Translations under genes and position numbers: made by a program
Shown: one piece after another, positions 47,947 to 62,900 of the stretch
How positions within the stretch are numbered: position 1 is the stretch's first letter
Layout: each line of letters begins with the position of its first letter
The notes under the pieces: generated by a model
What the model was told of the DNA's origin: nothing
The model's input: only the letters and a program-made list of their open reading frames with translations
Database searches by the model: none
From: Octopus sinensis
Taxonomy: Eukaryota
Length of the DNA stretch: 64,000 nt
Reading direction: 5' to 3'
NCBI RefSeq assembly: GCF_006345805.1
Contig: NW_021833274.1
Span: 1 to 64,000 of the forward strand

Positions 47947-50900
47947 TATTTTATTTTTTGCGAGTTTGTTCGTCCAAAAGTCATGGAAGCAAAAAAGACG
48001 ATTTTTTATCTTATCCTTACTTAAAAATTAACGTGTTAGGTAGTGCAGTTAAAAATACTTTGAAATTTAGGCTCTATTTATATTTATCAAATTAATAAAA
48101 TGTCTCTAAAAAGTGTCTTGGTCAAGTTTAAGCTTGATCTTAAATAGACCATTAGTAACAAATTATAAATAATTTTTTATTTACAACAGTTATGATATCC
48201 GATAGTTTTTAATTACGATAAGATGAAATTAATATAATTTACGTAAAAGGAGAAATCGTCAAAAAAAATCTAGCTATTATGTACTGGCTCGCAGGATTGA
48301 AAGACAATTCCCGCGTAAAACAGCCAGCGAGATCCTCTGAATAAGGAATATAAATTCCCTCGGATCTCTGGAGCCGTAGGTGCACAGGCGGCCAAGTTTT
48401 TTGAGATGAGCAAGCCCCAAAAACACAGGAAGTTTCGACGGCAATTGCCCAAAAGCAAAATCGATCGAGTAAATCCTCATATTTCGTTAGTTTTACGAAT
48501 TCGGCCTTCTTACGTAAAGAAATTTAATTAAAATCTAAAATTACATTTATAATTTATTAAATTTGCTTTTTACAATTTATTGAATATTTTGTATAAATAG
48601 TACAATTTTTAGTAAAAAATAAAATTTTACATTATTATTTTATCTACAAATCACCAGGTTAGAATAACAAAAAAATCCCCAATTGACTAACTTTAGCACT
48701 GTCCAATTATTTATTACTTTGGAGAAAACATAAGCTTTAAGTCTAAGCTAATAAAACAAAGCGCTCGAAAGGTTTATAGACCAAACGATCAGTTTTAAGA
48801 GACAGAAATTTAAATGTGAAAATAAGAACTTTACAATTCCTGCATCTTTATTAGAAAATATACAGGAAAAAATTCGAATTTTATCTAGCTCTTTTCTCCA
48901 ATCTTTTTCTCTTTCAACTTTATCTAAAAGCAACTGACCATAGATGATGATCATTAAGTATTCTAGTAACCGTTTGAGATCGTGCGACAAAATAGGAGAC
49001 ATTTCAAACCATTTACAAATTGTTTTATTTGAGAAGACATCATGAATTTCTAGAAATGAGTTTTTCATATCTTTCTAACAATTATTTCTCAACTTTTAGT
49101 TTCAGGATATAATTTATTTGATCTTGACACTCGGGTAAGATGAGGAGTTTTGCCATCTTTCAAAAATTCTCTTTTCTAAGAAATAAATACTTTTGAAAAA
49201 TTTATTAAAAATATGAAATTATACCAATTAACAGCTGCATGCTCCTATACAATTACTTAAACAAACCACAGCAATCGAGATCAACAAAATATTTATTTAT
49301 GTTATTTATTAAAAAATATTTTACGCTATATTTTTTGCTAATTCGATTGAATAAGAATTTTTTGTTCTACAATTACGTGTTAATTACGAAATATTTTATA
49401 TATAAGAAAAAATCAAAATATGTAAATAGTGTTATCGCATTATTATTTATTATTTTTATTAATTTATGATATTTTACTACGAATTTGGTATAAATATAAT
49501 TATTTCACATAACAAACAAAACAAAAACATTTAACAAATTCATAAATTATGAAAAAACACATTTTCACATAAATCATATTGCAAAACCTTAATTTCAAAT
49601 AACGAATTTTTATCCTTTTCAAAATTCCACAAAAAACTATATTTATTATCCTTCTCCTTGCAAGAACCATAAACACACGGTGGATCTTCAAAAAAACAGC
49701 ATGCACACAGAAACTAATGACTAAACCAAGGCTTTCAAAGTCCACCAAATAAGCCCAGATCTCCAGGCTTCTTTCAGTACTGAAACAGTAATTTGCTGTC
49801 CTCAACTACCACAGCACCCTCATTCTTCAAATTGAATAAACGCACTCCCAAAAACAATTTAAAATCCGACTCCGCCTACGTGACTATTGGTTGTAGCCTG
49901 AAAATTAATAAATATCCCACCATTTCCACTTCTATCCATATTGACTCTCTTCTAAAACTCCTTTGATGAAGTTGCAAACTCAATAGGGGTACTTAAATCT
50001 GAAAATATAACTACACATTTCTAAAAAGCATTGTGGGACAGGCTCGGAAGACCCTCTACAGCATATATGTGAGGACTGTGACCTATCAGTATGGATATTG
50101 ATTTGGAAAATGTTATATCAAGTAAATAATTTTGTGCATCTTCAAAAGTAGCTGTGGCGTATAAAATATGAGCTTCAGTTATTCCGCTAAATCTGTTGTA
50201 ATTAATTTAAAACACCAAAACGTTGTATTGTTATCAATGACTGTATTTTTTGGTTTTACAAAAGAGTCATAAACAATTTTATTAGTATGATAAACAACAC
50301 TAAGTCTTGCTAACTCAATTCCAATAGTTGTGTAAACCTTTAGATAAATTAAACTAAAAAAAGCCATTCTGCAATCCAAGGAATAAATTCCATGCAGATT
50401 AAAACCATCAGAACAATCACGAGTCTTAAGCTAATTCTTGTTACATCTTAAATTTATTTTGTGAAGATGTTTCTAAACGTAAGTACAAAAAAACATTTGC
50501 AGAGCAACTGCATACCACCACAACAAGGAAGATATTGCATAGAATGATATTTACATTGGTCACTATCAAAGTTTGTATTATAATGTGTTGAAATTTCAAA
50601 TGACTCACCGCATCTATAGCATTTTGTGACATTATCATCTGGAAATATTTTTAATAAAAAACATTCTAAAATCTCCATAGAACTCTTGAAAATCGCAACC
50701 CTTGTAGGTGAAACATATGTTGGAAAATCGTTTTCATAGCAATCTTGCGAGGTAAGTTTTTTAATATTCGCGGTGCAGCCAGTGGCGAATCATAATAGTT
50801 TTCTCCTTCTATACTTTGAAATAATAAACTTAATAACCAATAATCAAATTATTCCAGATTCCATAATAAAACTGTAAGTTAGAAAATTAAAGACAGCTTA

Positions 50901-53900
50901 TCAAAAATATGAGCATAAGTTAGAATAATAGAGTAAGCATAGAAGTCTGTGTATCACTCAACGGCAGCACTAGTCGCATTCTAATGATATCATTATCAGT
51001 CGATAATACATTTTTCGATCTCATGAGCGTGCATCCAGACTATCACATATAATAAGGTTAGGTTAAAAACTCGGAAATTAATTGACCATGCCCAAATTAT
51101 TTACTCCAAACAGCCTGTTACTTAAAAAAGTGGCGGTGTGTATTTCAGAAAATCTTTGTGTCTAGATTTGGATGAACATATCGAGCAATATTTTTGCCTA
51201 TTTTGGGGTATCCATAGTCATTGGTTTGGAAAATTGTTTCTGCTCTAATAAAGGCTCCATACTGAAAACATTATTTTTTGAAAATTTTATTCAGATAAGG
51301 CAGATCGGCCACGCCAGTAGTACCTTCCATAGTCATAAATGAGTTACTCCCCTTTTGGAATAAATTCATTAGTAAAAGCGATGATACGTGTCACACCTCC
51401 AATAATGACCCACCGAGAATTCATGTTTGGTAAATCACTACGATTATAAAGTGAATAAATTTTCCCTTGTTTTTTGCGTCGATAATGAATAGAATGCCTT
51501 TCTGCCCAGCCATATCTCTCGAAACACGATTGTGCTCATTAAACTGTATTTTTGCACCGAAACACAATCATTATAACATTTCTCCACAAAAAATCTTATG
51601 CAATTATTTGTTTTTACGGATATGGCATCGTATTTTGTGACTCAAACTGGCCAATAACATAATTTCTTCTCTATTCTTCAAAATCCGTGAAACTTGGGAC
51701 TGAGTTTACAAGCATTCGTCTTTTTAACTCCTTCTGACACTTAAACATAATCTATCTGAGGTAATCTAGGTGCTTATTTTATTTAACCCAATTCCCCCTG
51801 AAATTGGGAGGAATGAAGGACATACCTCTTAGGTCACACCATAAGTTAAGGAGCTCTAATTCCTCGGCCACTTTTCTTTTGGACCTATTGTATTAAATAA
51901 ACCATATTCATTCATTCATTCATAAGTTAAGGAGGGAGTTAATCTTATATGATCTTCTTATAGCGCTTTTTTGCAATCCAGGAGGACGTGCGTTACTGTG
52001 TGTCGTCCGTCATGGCAAATTAGGCAGTACGGATCAACATCCTTATCCAGTTTGTTTTGATAGTCAAAGAGTAAAGGATGATGGTCACAGTGAAATCTAG
52101 CGAGTTCGACCCGATTATTGTGACTGAAATCTTTTTCAGCTGAGTTTATTTTTTAGGGGGGATAGTTGAGGATATTGTTTTCGGTTAATACATTCAATAA
52201 TGATTTTGTTATTAATTCTTTTATTTCCGATGGTTTTTTATTAGAGAATAAAGTTAGGATACGTTGCCAGTGCCTGTCAGGAACTCGAAAAAAAGAGCCG
52301 AGCTCTCTTACCTGAATCACTGCGAATAAACATACCTATCATTATTAAGTTTTTGAAGTGTTTTTGTAGTTTATTTTTGACAAAAATAGAAATAAAAATT
52401 TCCCCAAAAACTAATTTTTAGTTTTTAGTCGGCAAATTTAAAGCATCGAATACCGTCGTTAGATTTGTTTCCGCCTATCCCAATCACTTTGCCTAAGGTC
52501 TCAGCCCCTAGCAGCAGTGGTGGAATAGACGACTTAAAGCCAATGCATCTTCGTGATCTCTTGTCTTCATTGACCCACGATTCGCTATCTTTCATCATTC
52601 GTCTTTGCATGTTGTGTCGAGACTAATTTCAACCGTCGCTAGAAAGTTTTTTTTTTCTGCAGGGTTTATTGCTTTGATAAACGTGTGAGGCCTATTGCTG
52701 TAAGTAACGTCTTTAGGAGATTCAGCCAAAATAATGTCATATACAGTGCTCGTCAAAAAAAATTGCTCAGCCATTTTTTCATGCTTTTATTGACAAATTA
52801 ATAAAAAATTTAATCTTACGCTTCATTTTTTATTCTAATTTTTAAGTATATTAATTTATTTATGCGATTTTATTTCAATATAAGGAATTTAAAGCATAAA
52901 AATTTAAATCTCGTGACAAAAAACATTGCTCACTTTTCGTGTTACAGTCCGACCCCAAAATGGGGCAGACCCCAGGGGTGGGGCACCCTCGGATTTTGGG
53001 GCACCCCCGCAATTTGGGGCACTTTATTCCAAAAGTACATTTTGGCAGAAAAAAAATAAAAATCGATAAAAAATTATGGAATTTTTGGGGCACCATAAAA
53101 TCATTTATAAGGAATTAAAAATAAAATAAAATTATAATAAATTAATTATTTTTTGTTTTATTTTCAATTTATATTTTTATTGTTGTGGTTATGGATTACG
53201 AAACTAAATTGAAGATTGCTAAAGAAATTTTGAAGAAAAATTTATCTGAGAGGCAACTAATGAAAAAGTACAACACAAGTAAAGGAACAATATCAAGAAT
53301 AAAACGAAATATTGTACCTTTCTTGCAACACGGCAATACTATTTCTGAGGAATATGACACATTTAAAGCCGATAAAGATAAATTTGATGATCAAGTCTTT
53401 GAAATATTTCAAAGACTACGCGTAGATAAAATTCCGATTTCAGGCCCTATTTTGAAAAAAATTGCCTTAGTTACAGCTTCAAAAATTGGATTTACTTCTT
53501 TTAAAGCTTCCAATGGGTGGCTTGATAGATTTAAATTGCGGCATGAACTTCAATTCAAGTCAATATGTGGTGAAAAAGCTTCATGTGATTTATCTTATGT
53601 GAAAAATTATTTTGAAAAATATGACCAGAAAGTATTAAAATATTTTGCCGAAAAATACAACGCCCTATTTACAACCTTTGGATATGGGAATAATCAAGAT
53701 TTTTAAAGATTATTATTCCTCTTTCTTAATGGAATTTTTATGTTTTCAAGATTTCGAAAACGATTTTACACATTCTATTGGTAAATTAAATTTGCGTCAG
53801 GTTATGATGCTAATTTCAAAAGGATGGGAGAAAATAGATGCTAAAAGTATTGTTAATTGTTGGAAGAAAATCGACAGGAACCGTGATTCTTATGCAACAA

Positions 53901-56900
53901 AAAACTGTCTAACAGATGAACATTTAGATCAAGTTGTTAACGAAACAATTGATGGAGAATGCGAAGACATGAACAATAATGTTTATGATACATATTCAGA
54001 AACCGAAAATAGTGAAAATGTCGTAGCAAAAACAAAAGATCTGCTTAACAATTTAGAAGAAAAAATTTCTAATGTTGCACCAAGTATGCTCCGAGATTTT
54101 TTTGATTTTCGGCTGAAATTGACGAACAATATCAGACAAAACTCTACAAATAAAAAGAAAATAACTGAATATTTTAGTAAAAATGTTTTTTGATGTTTAT
54201 TAATGGTTTAATTTTTAAAAAAATAACAAACCCCTGTTTTTGGGGCACCCCCGCATTTTGGGGCACTTGGTGCCCCATTTGGGGGTCGGACTGTATTGCA
54301 TATGCCACGTTCTCCCAAGAAACAGTTAACTGAATTTAAAAAAGGCATGATTATTGCGTACTTTAAAGAGGGTAAATCAATCAGAGAAATCTCAAAAATA
54401 CTTAATTTGCCGTATTCCACAATTTCATTTAATATCCAAAAATTTCGAGAATTTGGAACACTGCATCGGAGACCGGGCTCAGGACGTCTTCCGAAACTAA
54501 GTTCCCCCCAAATACAATTTTTATGTAACGAAACCGATTCACATCCTACATTGTTGGCAGTGGATTTGTCCAACAAAACTAAAGAAACTTTCAATATTGA
54601 TGTTTCCCCTAGGACAATTCTGAGAACTTTGAATAAAAATGGGGTATATTGTCGTGTAGCAAAAAGAAAGCGATTGCTTTCTCAAAAAATATTATTTCGA
54701 GATGGTCTGCGTCACTACGATTTTTATCGATATCTGATAGTACATGGAAATCGGTGATATTCTCAGATGAGTCAATGTTCGATATTTTTAACAACAGAAA
54801 ACATCAGGTTGTTTACAGAAAAAATAAAACGGAGTTAACAAATGCACATTTGCTGCCGACTGTTAAGTTCGGAGTAGGGAGAGTTATGATTTGGGGCTGT
54901 ATATCGTATAGTGGTGTAGGCAATTTGATTTTTATCGAAGAAACTATGAACTCTGGATATTATATAAATTTACTGTCTAATAATCTGGACTAATCAGCTG
55001 AAAAAATGGGCTTATCCTCGTTTATTTTTCAACAGGATAATGCTCCATGCCATACATCTCGTATGGTTAAGGCATATTTCGAAACCAAAAAATATATTAT
55101 TCTTGATTGGCCATCGCAATCACCGGATCTTAACCCAATAGAGCATATATGGTGCTTTATGAAAAGAGAATTAGCTAAAAATCCTCCGAAAAGTAAAGAG
55201 GATCTAAAGACAAATATTATGAAAATTTGGCAGTCAATTCCTAAAAGTTTTTTACAAAACTTAGTAAATTCAATGAGAAAAAAGAGTTATTCTTTATTTT
55301 TAGCAAGGGGAGGACATATTAATTACTGATAATGAGATTTCCAAATTTGTGCTAATGTTTTTTGTCTTGCAATTTTTTGTTTTGTTTAAGTTTGTAAATA
55401 AAAAAAAATGTTATTACAAAAATTAAGGTACAATAATAAAATACTACTTAAAGATGTTTACAAAAAAATAAATCAGAATAATGCTATATAAAGACATAAA
55501 CATTGGTGAGCAATTTTTTTTGACGACCACTGTAAGATGGTTTTGGCTTTGAGTTTAGAGTTCTTCCCTTTTCATTATGGCGTCTGTTTTAAAAATGCAG
55601 ACAAAAATCTTGTGGACGGCACTCGCCAACTTGCCAACTCAAAACCCAAAAATTCAAGTTTATTGTTATGGTAGACGTTACTAATGCTTTCAATTGTGTT
55701 CGACAAAACCATTTGCTCGAAATAATCTCTATACGATGCCCAGAGCTCTTACCATTTGTAAAATTAACGTATTCCTCCACAAGTCGTTTTTGATTTATGA
55801 CCAAATTATCATGTCTGAATGCGAAGTGACCCACTGGACCCATTGCTGTTTGCCAATTCTGTTGACCATATTGCACACAACATTTGCAGCGATCTATAGT
55901 TATTTTGAACTCGTCAATTTCCGACCATAGCATAGTAAAAAATTTTTCTTTCACTCTCAAGCCAGGCAGTCTTCCCGGAATGACAATTTCATTTTTTTCA
56001 ATACTCTTAAACTTAAATCTCTTTTTTGAAAACTATATTTTGAAATTAAATGATAGGTAAATTAAAAAAGTTGAAAGTAGATTCACACCAATGAAGTCCT
56101 TAGTTGACGAATATTCAGTGGGAATCGGTAGACAACGGATGTTCTTGAAAGCCACCCCGTCGTTTTGACTGTAAAAGATTTGGGGGCAATTAGACATTTT
56201 TTGAGGACAACTATGACGGAGAAGGATGATGCGACTAAGCGTCAATTAATGCAGGGAATTTTAGAAATCAATCCAAAGTATGACGAATTTTATTATTGAA
56301 AGACATCCGATTGTCGTCAGACTACATGCGGTAAAGGATAGTGACAAGGAATTGGCAGTCATGTTGGTTAATCAGTTATACGAAAATGCACTAGCTAATG
56401 CTGGTTTGTGCGAAGATCCAAAATTGTTGGTTCAAAAAATTAATCTTTTGGTTGCTAAATTATTGGAAAAATAATAATTTTGACTCGTTAATAGTCGTTG
56501 ATTTCATGTTTTGTTGTTCGAAAAGATTTATAATTAGAATAAAAAATGAAACTTTCCATAATTTTAGTTTTGTTAATGGGATCGGTATTCGGTAGAATTC
56601 TTTGAAAAATTATTTAAGATAATGCCAGAAGTGATTGTTTGATTCGCTGCTAGGTGATATCCATCTTTTTATATATTGGTTAAATGATTGAAATTAAATA
56701 CTTCCTAAGTACTTTTTGACTTTACCTTATACCGAATGACCTCGGTCGATCAAAAAATACTTGATTTTGGATAGTTCACACACTTCATTTAAATATGAGT
56801 TTTTAAACTCTGTTCCATTGTTAGTGTGCTATGTAATTGCCGCCACAATTAAAAAGAAAATCTCCTTTAAGATATTGGAAATTTCAATTGCAGATTTTAA

Positions 56901-59900
56901 TTTGGCAGTCTCAACCACACCAAATTTAGAGAAAGAGTCAATAAGTAAGACAATCTTCTATAAATATACACGAAGCCAGACCCATGAGAACGAATTGTTT
57001 ATTTCCGAGTATGTTCGTAAATCCACGAGATGGATATTATATCTGACCTGCTGCGCATAAGCAATTAATGTCTGTGTGTTTGAGAGGTTTAGATGGCATT
57101 AACCGTTTAGAATACGAATTAAATTACCTAATTTACCTGAAAAAACGCACTGTCCGATAACTTTACAAATTTCTAGTCTTTCTATTCCATATATTTTGAA
57201 TGATAATAAAGTAAGAAGTATATCTGTACGAAAATGGTTAGAATTGTACTCAGGCTTAAAATTCTAACCAATACGTTTACCTAAATAGTTTTCATCTTCA
57301 ATTCAGCTTCATCAGTAGGAAATCTAAAAGTTTCCCTTTTTCAAAAATAAAAAGTTGAAATATCTTTAAAAAAAACTTTTGATACAAACAGCTCTTTTTG
57401 CCAAAGACATGACTAATCTAAAACGAAATCTGAAAAATGGTGATGATTTGGATTGCAAAGAACCGTGAATTTAGATGAAAATAGCGAAATTCATTTTTAT
57501 CAGTTCGAGTTAATTCATGGCGCATGGTCGTTGTCACCTTCTTCTCGTGAAATGAATCTGCATTTATTTTCCGCAAGCCTCATACACATCAACTTCAGTA
57601 GTAATAAATGACCTCAGCCTCTACTCTTGGCCTCAAACATGCTCTCAATTTTGGCCATTGAAATTCTCACATCAGATGCCATGTCCAACTGGCATCCTTC
57701 TAAATATGGTTTTGGCCACATTCACTATTTCTCAACTCAATGAGACTTTTCACAGTTAGGGTTCATAAGAATTGTATTATTAAATTCATTTAAAACCAGC
57801 ATGATTCTTCCACGCACATTAAAAACTCAAATTATATATTTATTTATATTATGGAGTTTAGCCTATTAAATGGTAAACCTAAAACATTCACATTGCTTAA
57901 TTAACTGCGTCAACGAGTCGCATGTGTTTTTATTGCAAATATTAATTTTTTATTTATAATTATTTCAATTCAAGGACTTTATGCATATTAATATTTGCTC
58001 AGAACCTTCTATGAATTAAAAAATTGTTGGTTATGAGTTTTTTTTCAATATTGTGATATGTATTATTTCTTTGTTTAATGAATTCTTTTTAATGACCTAA
58101 TTTTAAATCCTAATTCTCAAATCGATTCTTAATTTGACCTGTTTATAATTTTATTTTTCAAACAATTTAGTAATTTATTTTTAATGTTTTTTGAGTGCTA
58201 TTACTCTAACAACATTTCTTAATGATTATTAATGTCTTTTATACTTTTATTGTATGCCGAATTCTTATTTTATTAAATATAACAATTTCTATTATTGGAT
58301 TTCCTTTTATTTATTTTTTGGTTGGCTTATCAGTGCTAAGTACAAATAGAGTGATATCGCAGGATAACGCAAGATAAGGCACGATTGTTGTAACTCATAT
58401 CGTCTTTCCCGTATTATCAACGAACTATCTTTTGATTTAAATCCATTGTAAGAAAACTAACTCACCATATGCTTCCTCGGTGATTAATGTTGCCATTTGA
58501 GTTTTATCTTTATATATTTTTCACGTTTTTCAAGAGAGAAAATTTGAAACCCAGCAAAATACAAACAGCGTAGAATTTTGACAATCGGAATGTTACTGTG
58601 GATATCATAGATTCTAAGTTTCCAAATTCAAGATATTCAAAGACCATGAACAAAAAATTCTGATTTTTTTAATATATTAGAACCATTGAGTAAAAATGTG
58701 AATGAAGATGCGACAAAAATTTGTTATGTGACTTTTTCGCTATGGAAAAAATGTAAATCTCGTTTTTTAGCTTCATTCATTGTAATTCGGTGTTTTTCCT
58801 GCTCTTCATTCTTGATGGCATATAATTTCTCATCTTTTTTGTATTTATGGAAAGATACCTAAATAAATTATTATTGTATGTATTTCATACATTTCCGAAG
58901 TTTCTCTGCATTTAATCTAACATACAGTGGGCCCAAAAAGTCATGGCACCACTTAATAAATTTTAGTATTTTACGTTTTTACCCATAAAATATGAAGTAT
59001 TTTGACTTTTAATTATTTTTTTTGTTTGGGATCGTTGTCGTGTTGAAACGTCCAATTGCTTCTTAGCTTTAATTTATTGATGGACGGAACTAAACAATTT
59101 TCCAAAATTTCGACGTACATCTTGGCATTCAATATTCCATCTATGAAAAATAGTTCACCCACTCCTTGAGACAAAAAACACGCCCAAGACCACGCTAAAA
59201 ACCGAACAAACGTCACGTGATCCCGATGCACTCAACCAGGGACCTCATCCTCGCTCGGTGATCTTTCCACGAGCCCACACAAGATCGCACTGGGCGGCAG
59301 GCCGTTTTTGGCGGAGTGTTATATTCCTTACTGAACTTTTCGGAATATTGAATTGTCTGGAAATTTGGTTGTAACTTTTTTTTCTTGGTGGGACTTGACG
59401 ATCATCTGTTTTAGCTCAAAAGAATATTCCTTCCGATTTCCCATAAAGTAGTGTTAAAAACGGCTGTTTTCGTAATATCAATATTGATAATGCGTTATTA
59501 AGTGATAACAAAGCTTTTGTGAAGAAAACTTAAAAGAAATAATCTGACAGAATGACATTTTCTTATCATATGCACTTAAACTAAAACTGTAGATATAAAA
59601 GTGCCAACACTTTTTGACTCTTCAATAACGCTAAAAATTAAAAAAAGTTGTTTTTTCTTTGTCAATTATCAATGTTTTAAGGATTTAAAATTATTTTCTA
59701 AATCAGAATCTTTTTAATTTTTCAAAAAAAATAATTTATTTAAAAGGTCAATTCCAGAAAAATGTTAACTAAGGTCAATAAGAAGAACTGATGGCGATCC
59801 TGTTTCCCCTCACTATTGCTTGGGACACGTTCTGGAGGAGCCATCTCGTCTCCAGAGGATTGTGTGTTCTCAAGGTCTTGAGACGTCCAATACACTTGAG

Positions 59901-62900
59901 GAAGCACAACGACTTCTTCCCAGGGTTTCGACAGCACCTTGATTCCACCATCTGTCAATGGGCAGCCTAATATCTCCAGACTGATACTAGACGTGATGGA
60001 CGGTCCGGGAATTATCTCACTGAAAGAGGAAACAATAACCTCGAATTCATCACGACGGAATTAAAAGTCAAAAAAATAATTAAAAGTCAAAATACTTCAT
60101 ATTTTATGGGTAAAATACTAAAATTTATTAAGTGGTCTCATGACTTTTTGGGCCCACTGTAGTAAAAATCATTTTTTAATATTGATACTTATGGTTTTGT
60201 TTTAAGAATTACGATTTAGAAATAAGCTAGGTATTTTTTATAAATTGTGGCTAGAGCTTTCTATAAATTGTGGTTTTTTATAAATTGTGGCTAGACTAGA
60301 TTTCAACTGGATTTAATTAAAAATAGAATATGACTAAAATCGGTGCATTCTGTTTATTTTGAATTTAAAAATGTTAAATTTATTTATTGTGTCAATAAAT
60401 TTTTTTCAAAATGAATGTAGTTATTTGCTGTTTCTATAAAAAAAATTAAGAACCAATTAACTACACAATTAGCTAAACATTTCCTATCAAAGATTTTATA
60501 AAACATTTCCTATCAGTCAATCTTCAAAAATATAGAAATTCAAAATCATAAAAATTCATGAAATAATAAAATTTATCTCAAAGAAAAGAACCTTTGTCCT
60601 TACAAATGACTTTAGCTGGCTTTTTGATCAAAAACACTTACCTACAAACCATTGCTCTTTTATGATAAAATTCAAGAACACAGCTCTGCGTAATTTCATT
60701 ACAATTAAAAAAAAAAATTTCGAAAAACTTTATGATCGAATTCGCAAACACAGCAGGTGAATATAGTCAAACCCATCTAAATTGATTCCTTCCAGGATCC
60801 ATAGAATTGTCCGGTATAGAGGGGATGCCTGTATATTGAAAAAGTTATTAAATTTACTTAAAACGAAAAAATGAAACAGTATAATTGATAGATATCTGTC
60901 TATAAGAATTTCCTCAAAATTTAGCTTTGATTCAATATGTGTTAAGAGAGTCGATTGTGGGGCAGATGAGTGCCATTTCTGCGGTATCCTCAAGTTTTTC
61001 TTTCCGTTGATGTGGTAGCTATAAGACAGAAGCAGAATGGTTGGGTAGACCGAGGCCACCTACTTGTTTTTCTTTTTTCTGGGCTCTTCGGGGATCGGAA
61101 AGACAGAATTGACCAAACCGATGGCAAAATACCTTCACGGAGACAAGAAAGCCTTCATTCGAATGAACATGTCTGAATTCCAGCATCAAAACGAAATGGC
61201 CAAGTTCATAGGGTCTCCTCGCGGGTACGTAGGTCACGAGGAGGGAGGACAGTTGACGAATCTACTAAAGGAGTCTCCTGATTCCGTCGTCCTCTTTGAC
61301 GAAATAAAAAAGCCTCATCCTGACGTTCTGACTATAATGCTCCAATTATTCGACAAAGTGAGTGTGTGGGGAATATTCGATAACTTCGGAATAATGTGGC
61401 ATGGACAGTTGTCCATAATTATAAATATTTTTCTCCCACAGCATTTTATTTGATTATCCAACCCCTTTATCCAATTTTGAAATATCATTGATGTCATCCA
61501 TGATTTGGTATTAAATCTGTAATCAGAATATAAATGATAATTGAAGCATTTGAAACAACGCGGATTATTAGATTTTCCAATCACAAGGGACGGTGTTTTT
61601 TGGTCCCATCTGAATTAAAACTTGAAAAAATTGTAATTCTTTCTTCCTGTAATATTTCATGTGACAGTCCGAATAAAATACACGCCGAATAATCTACACT
61701 TGTCACAAATGGCTGAAAAAATTAGAAATCTAAAAATTAGTATGAACAAAATCAATAATTGATTATTTATTTTAGTAGAATCACATTATTATTTTTTATT
61801 TAAAAAAGCGTGAAACATGCGTGTAGTGAGATTATTTAAGGAAACACTGGACAAAATCAAAGAAATGAAAGACTCCAACTTTGATACATCGTCAATCGAG
61901 CGGCATGAGCGATACAGGCTCACAAAATTGGGAAAGAATTTCCATTTTGAAAATGGAAAAACATATTTTCGAAAAAATGGGCTTAAATTGCGTTTTTTCT
62001 GTGAAGATGAAATCGAATTAAAGCTTAAGTGCGTTGAGGTCCAACTTAATAAATAAAATTTAGGCGGAACATAACTATAACCACTTTGGGAGAGACCGGC
62101 TTTTTTCGAAATTAAGAAATCTCTATTATGGATTGAATAGAGAAGAAATCTCTAAGGTGATTTCGAATTGTGCTTTCTGTCAGGTAATAACTCCTTTTAG
62201 TAAATATTCTTAGTCGAAAAAATTATTGTCTACGAAGCCTCCGATTACGCCAATCATTGCAAGGAGATGTAGGGACAGATACATTGCGGATTTAATTGAC
62301 CTCAGAAGATATTCGGCGTTGAATGATGGCTTTAGCTGGGTATGAATTTAATGTTAATAAATAGATTTTGGTAATTGTGGATTCTTTTTCCAAATATGTA
62401 ATGCTTGAACTGTCGGTGACCAAATCTTCTGAAGAAATCGCAGATTTATTCCAAAGAATTTTTTATTATGTCGGGCCTCCGCTTATTCTACACACTGATA
62501 ATGGAAGGGAATTTTGCAATTCGCAAATGGATGCTCTATGTACGAAATATGGTATAAAACATGTACGTGGGAGGCCTCGTGCTCCTTGGGTACAAGGGCA
62601 AGTCGAAAGGTTAATGATTTAAAATCGATTTGTAGATTTAATCAAAGCATAAAACGCTGGATATCGTCGGCAAGTTCTTCTCAAAATTGTTTTGGACGAT
62701 ATCGCGAATGCATAAAGGACATCGTGTATGATTACAATAACAGCAAGAAATGATCTCTATGTTATCGAAAAGGAGGACGGTGAGCGGTTACACGGAATTC
62801 ATATTTCTCGATTAGCTAAAATTGATTAATTTTCATAAATCCATAATAAAAATAATTTTTTATTTAAATTAACGATAAATTTTATATGAAAATTTTATTA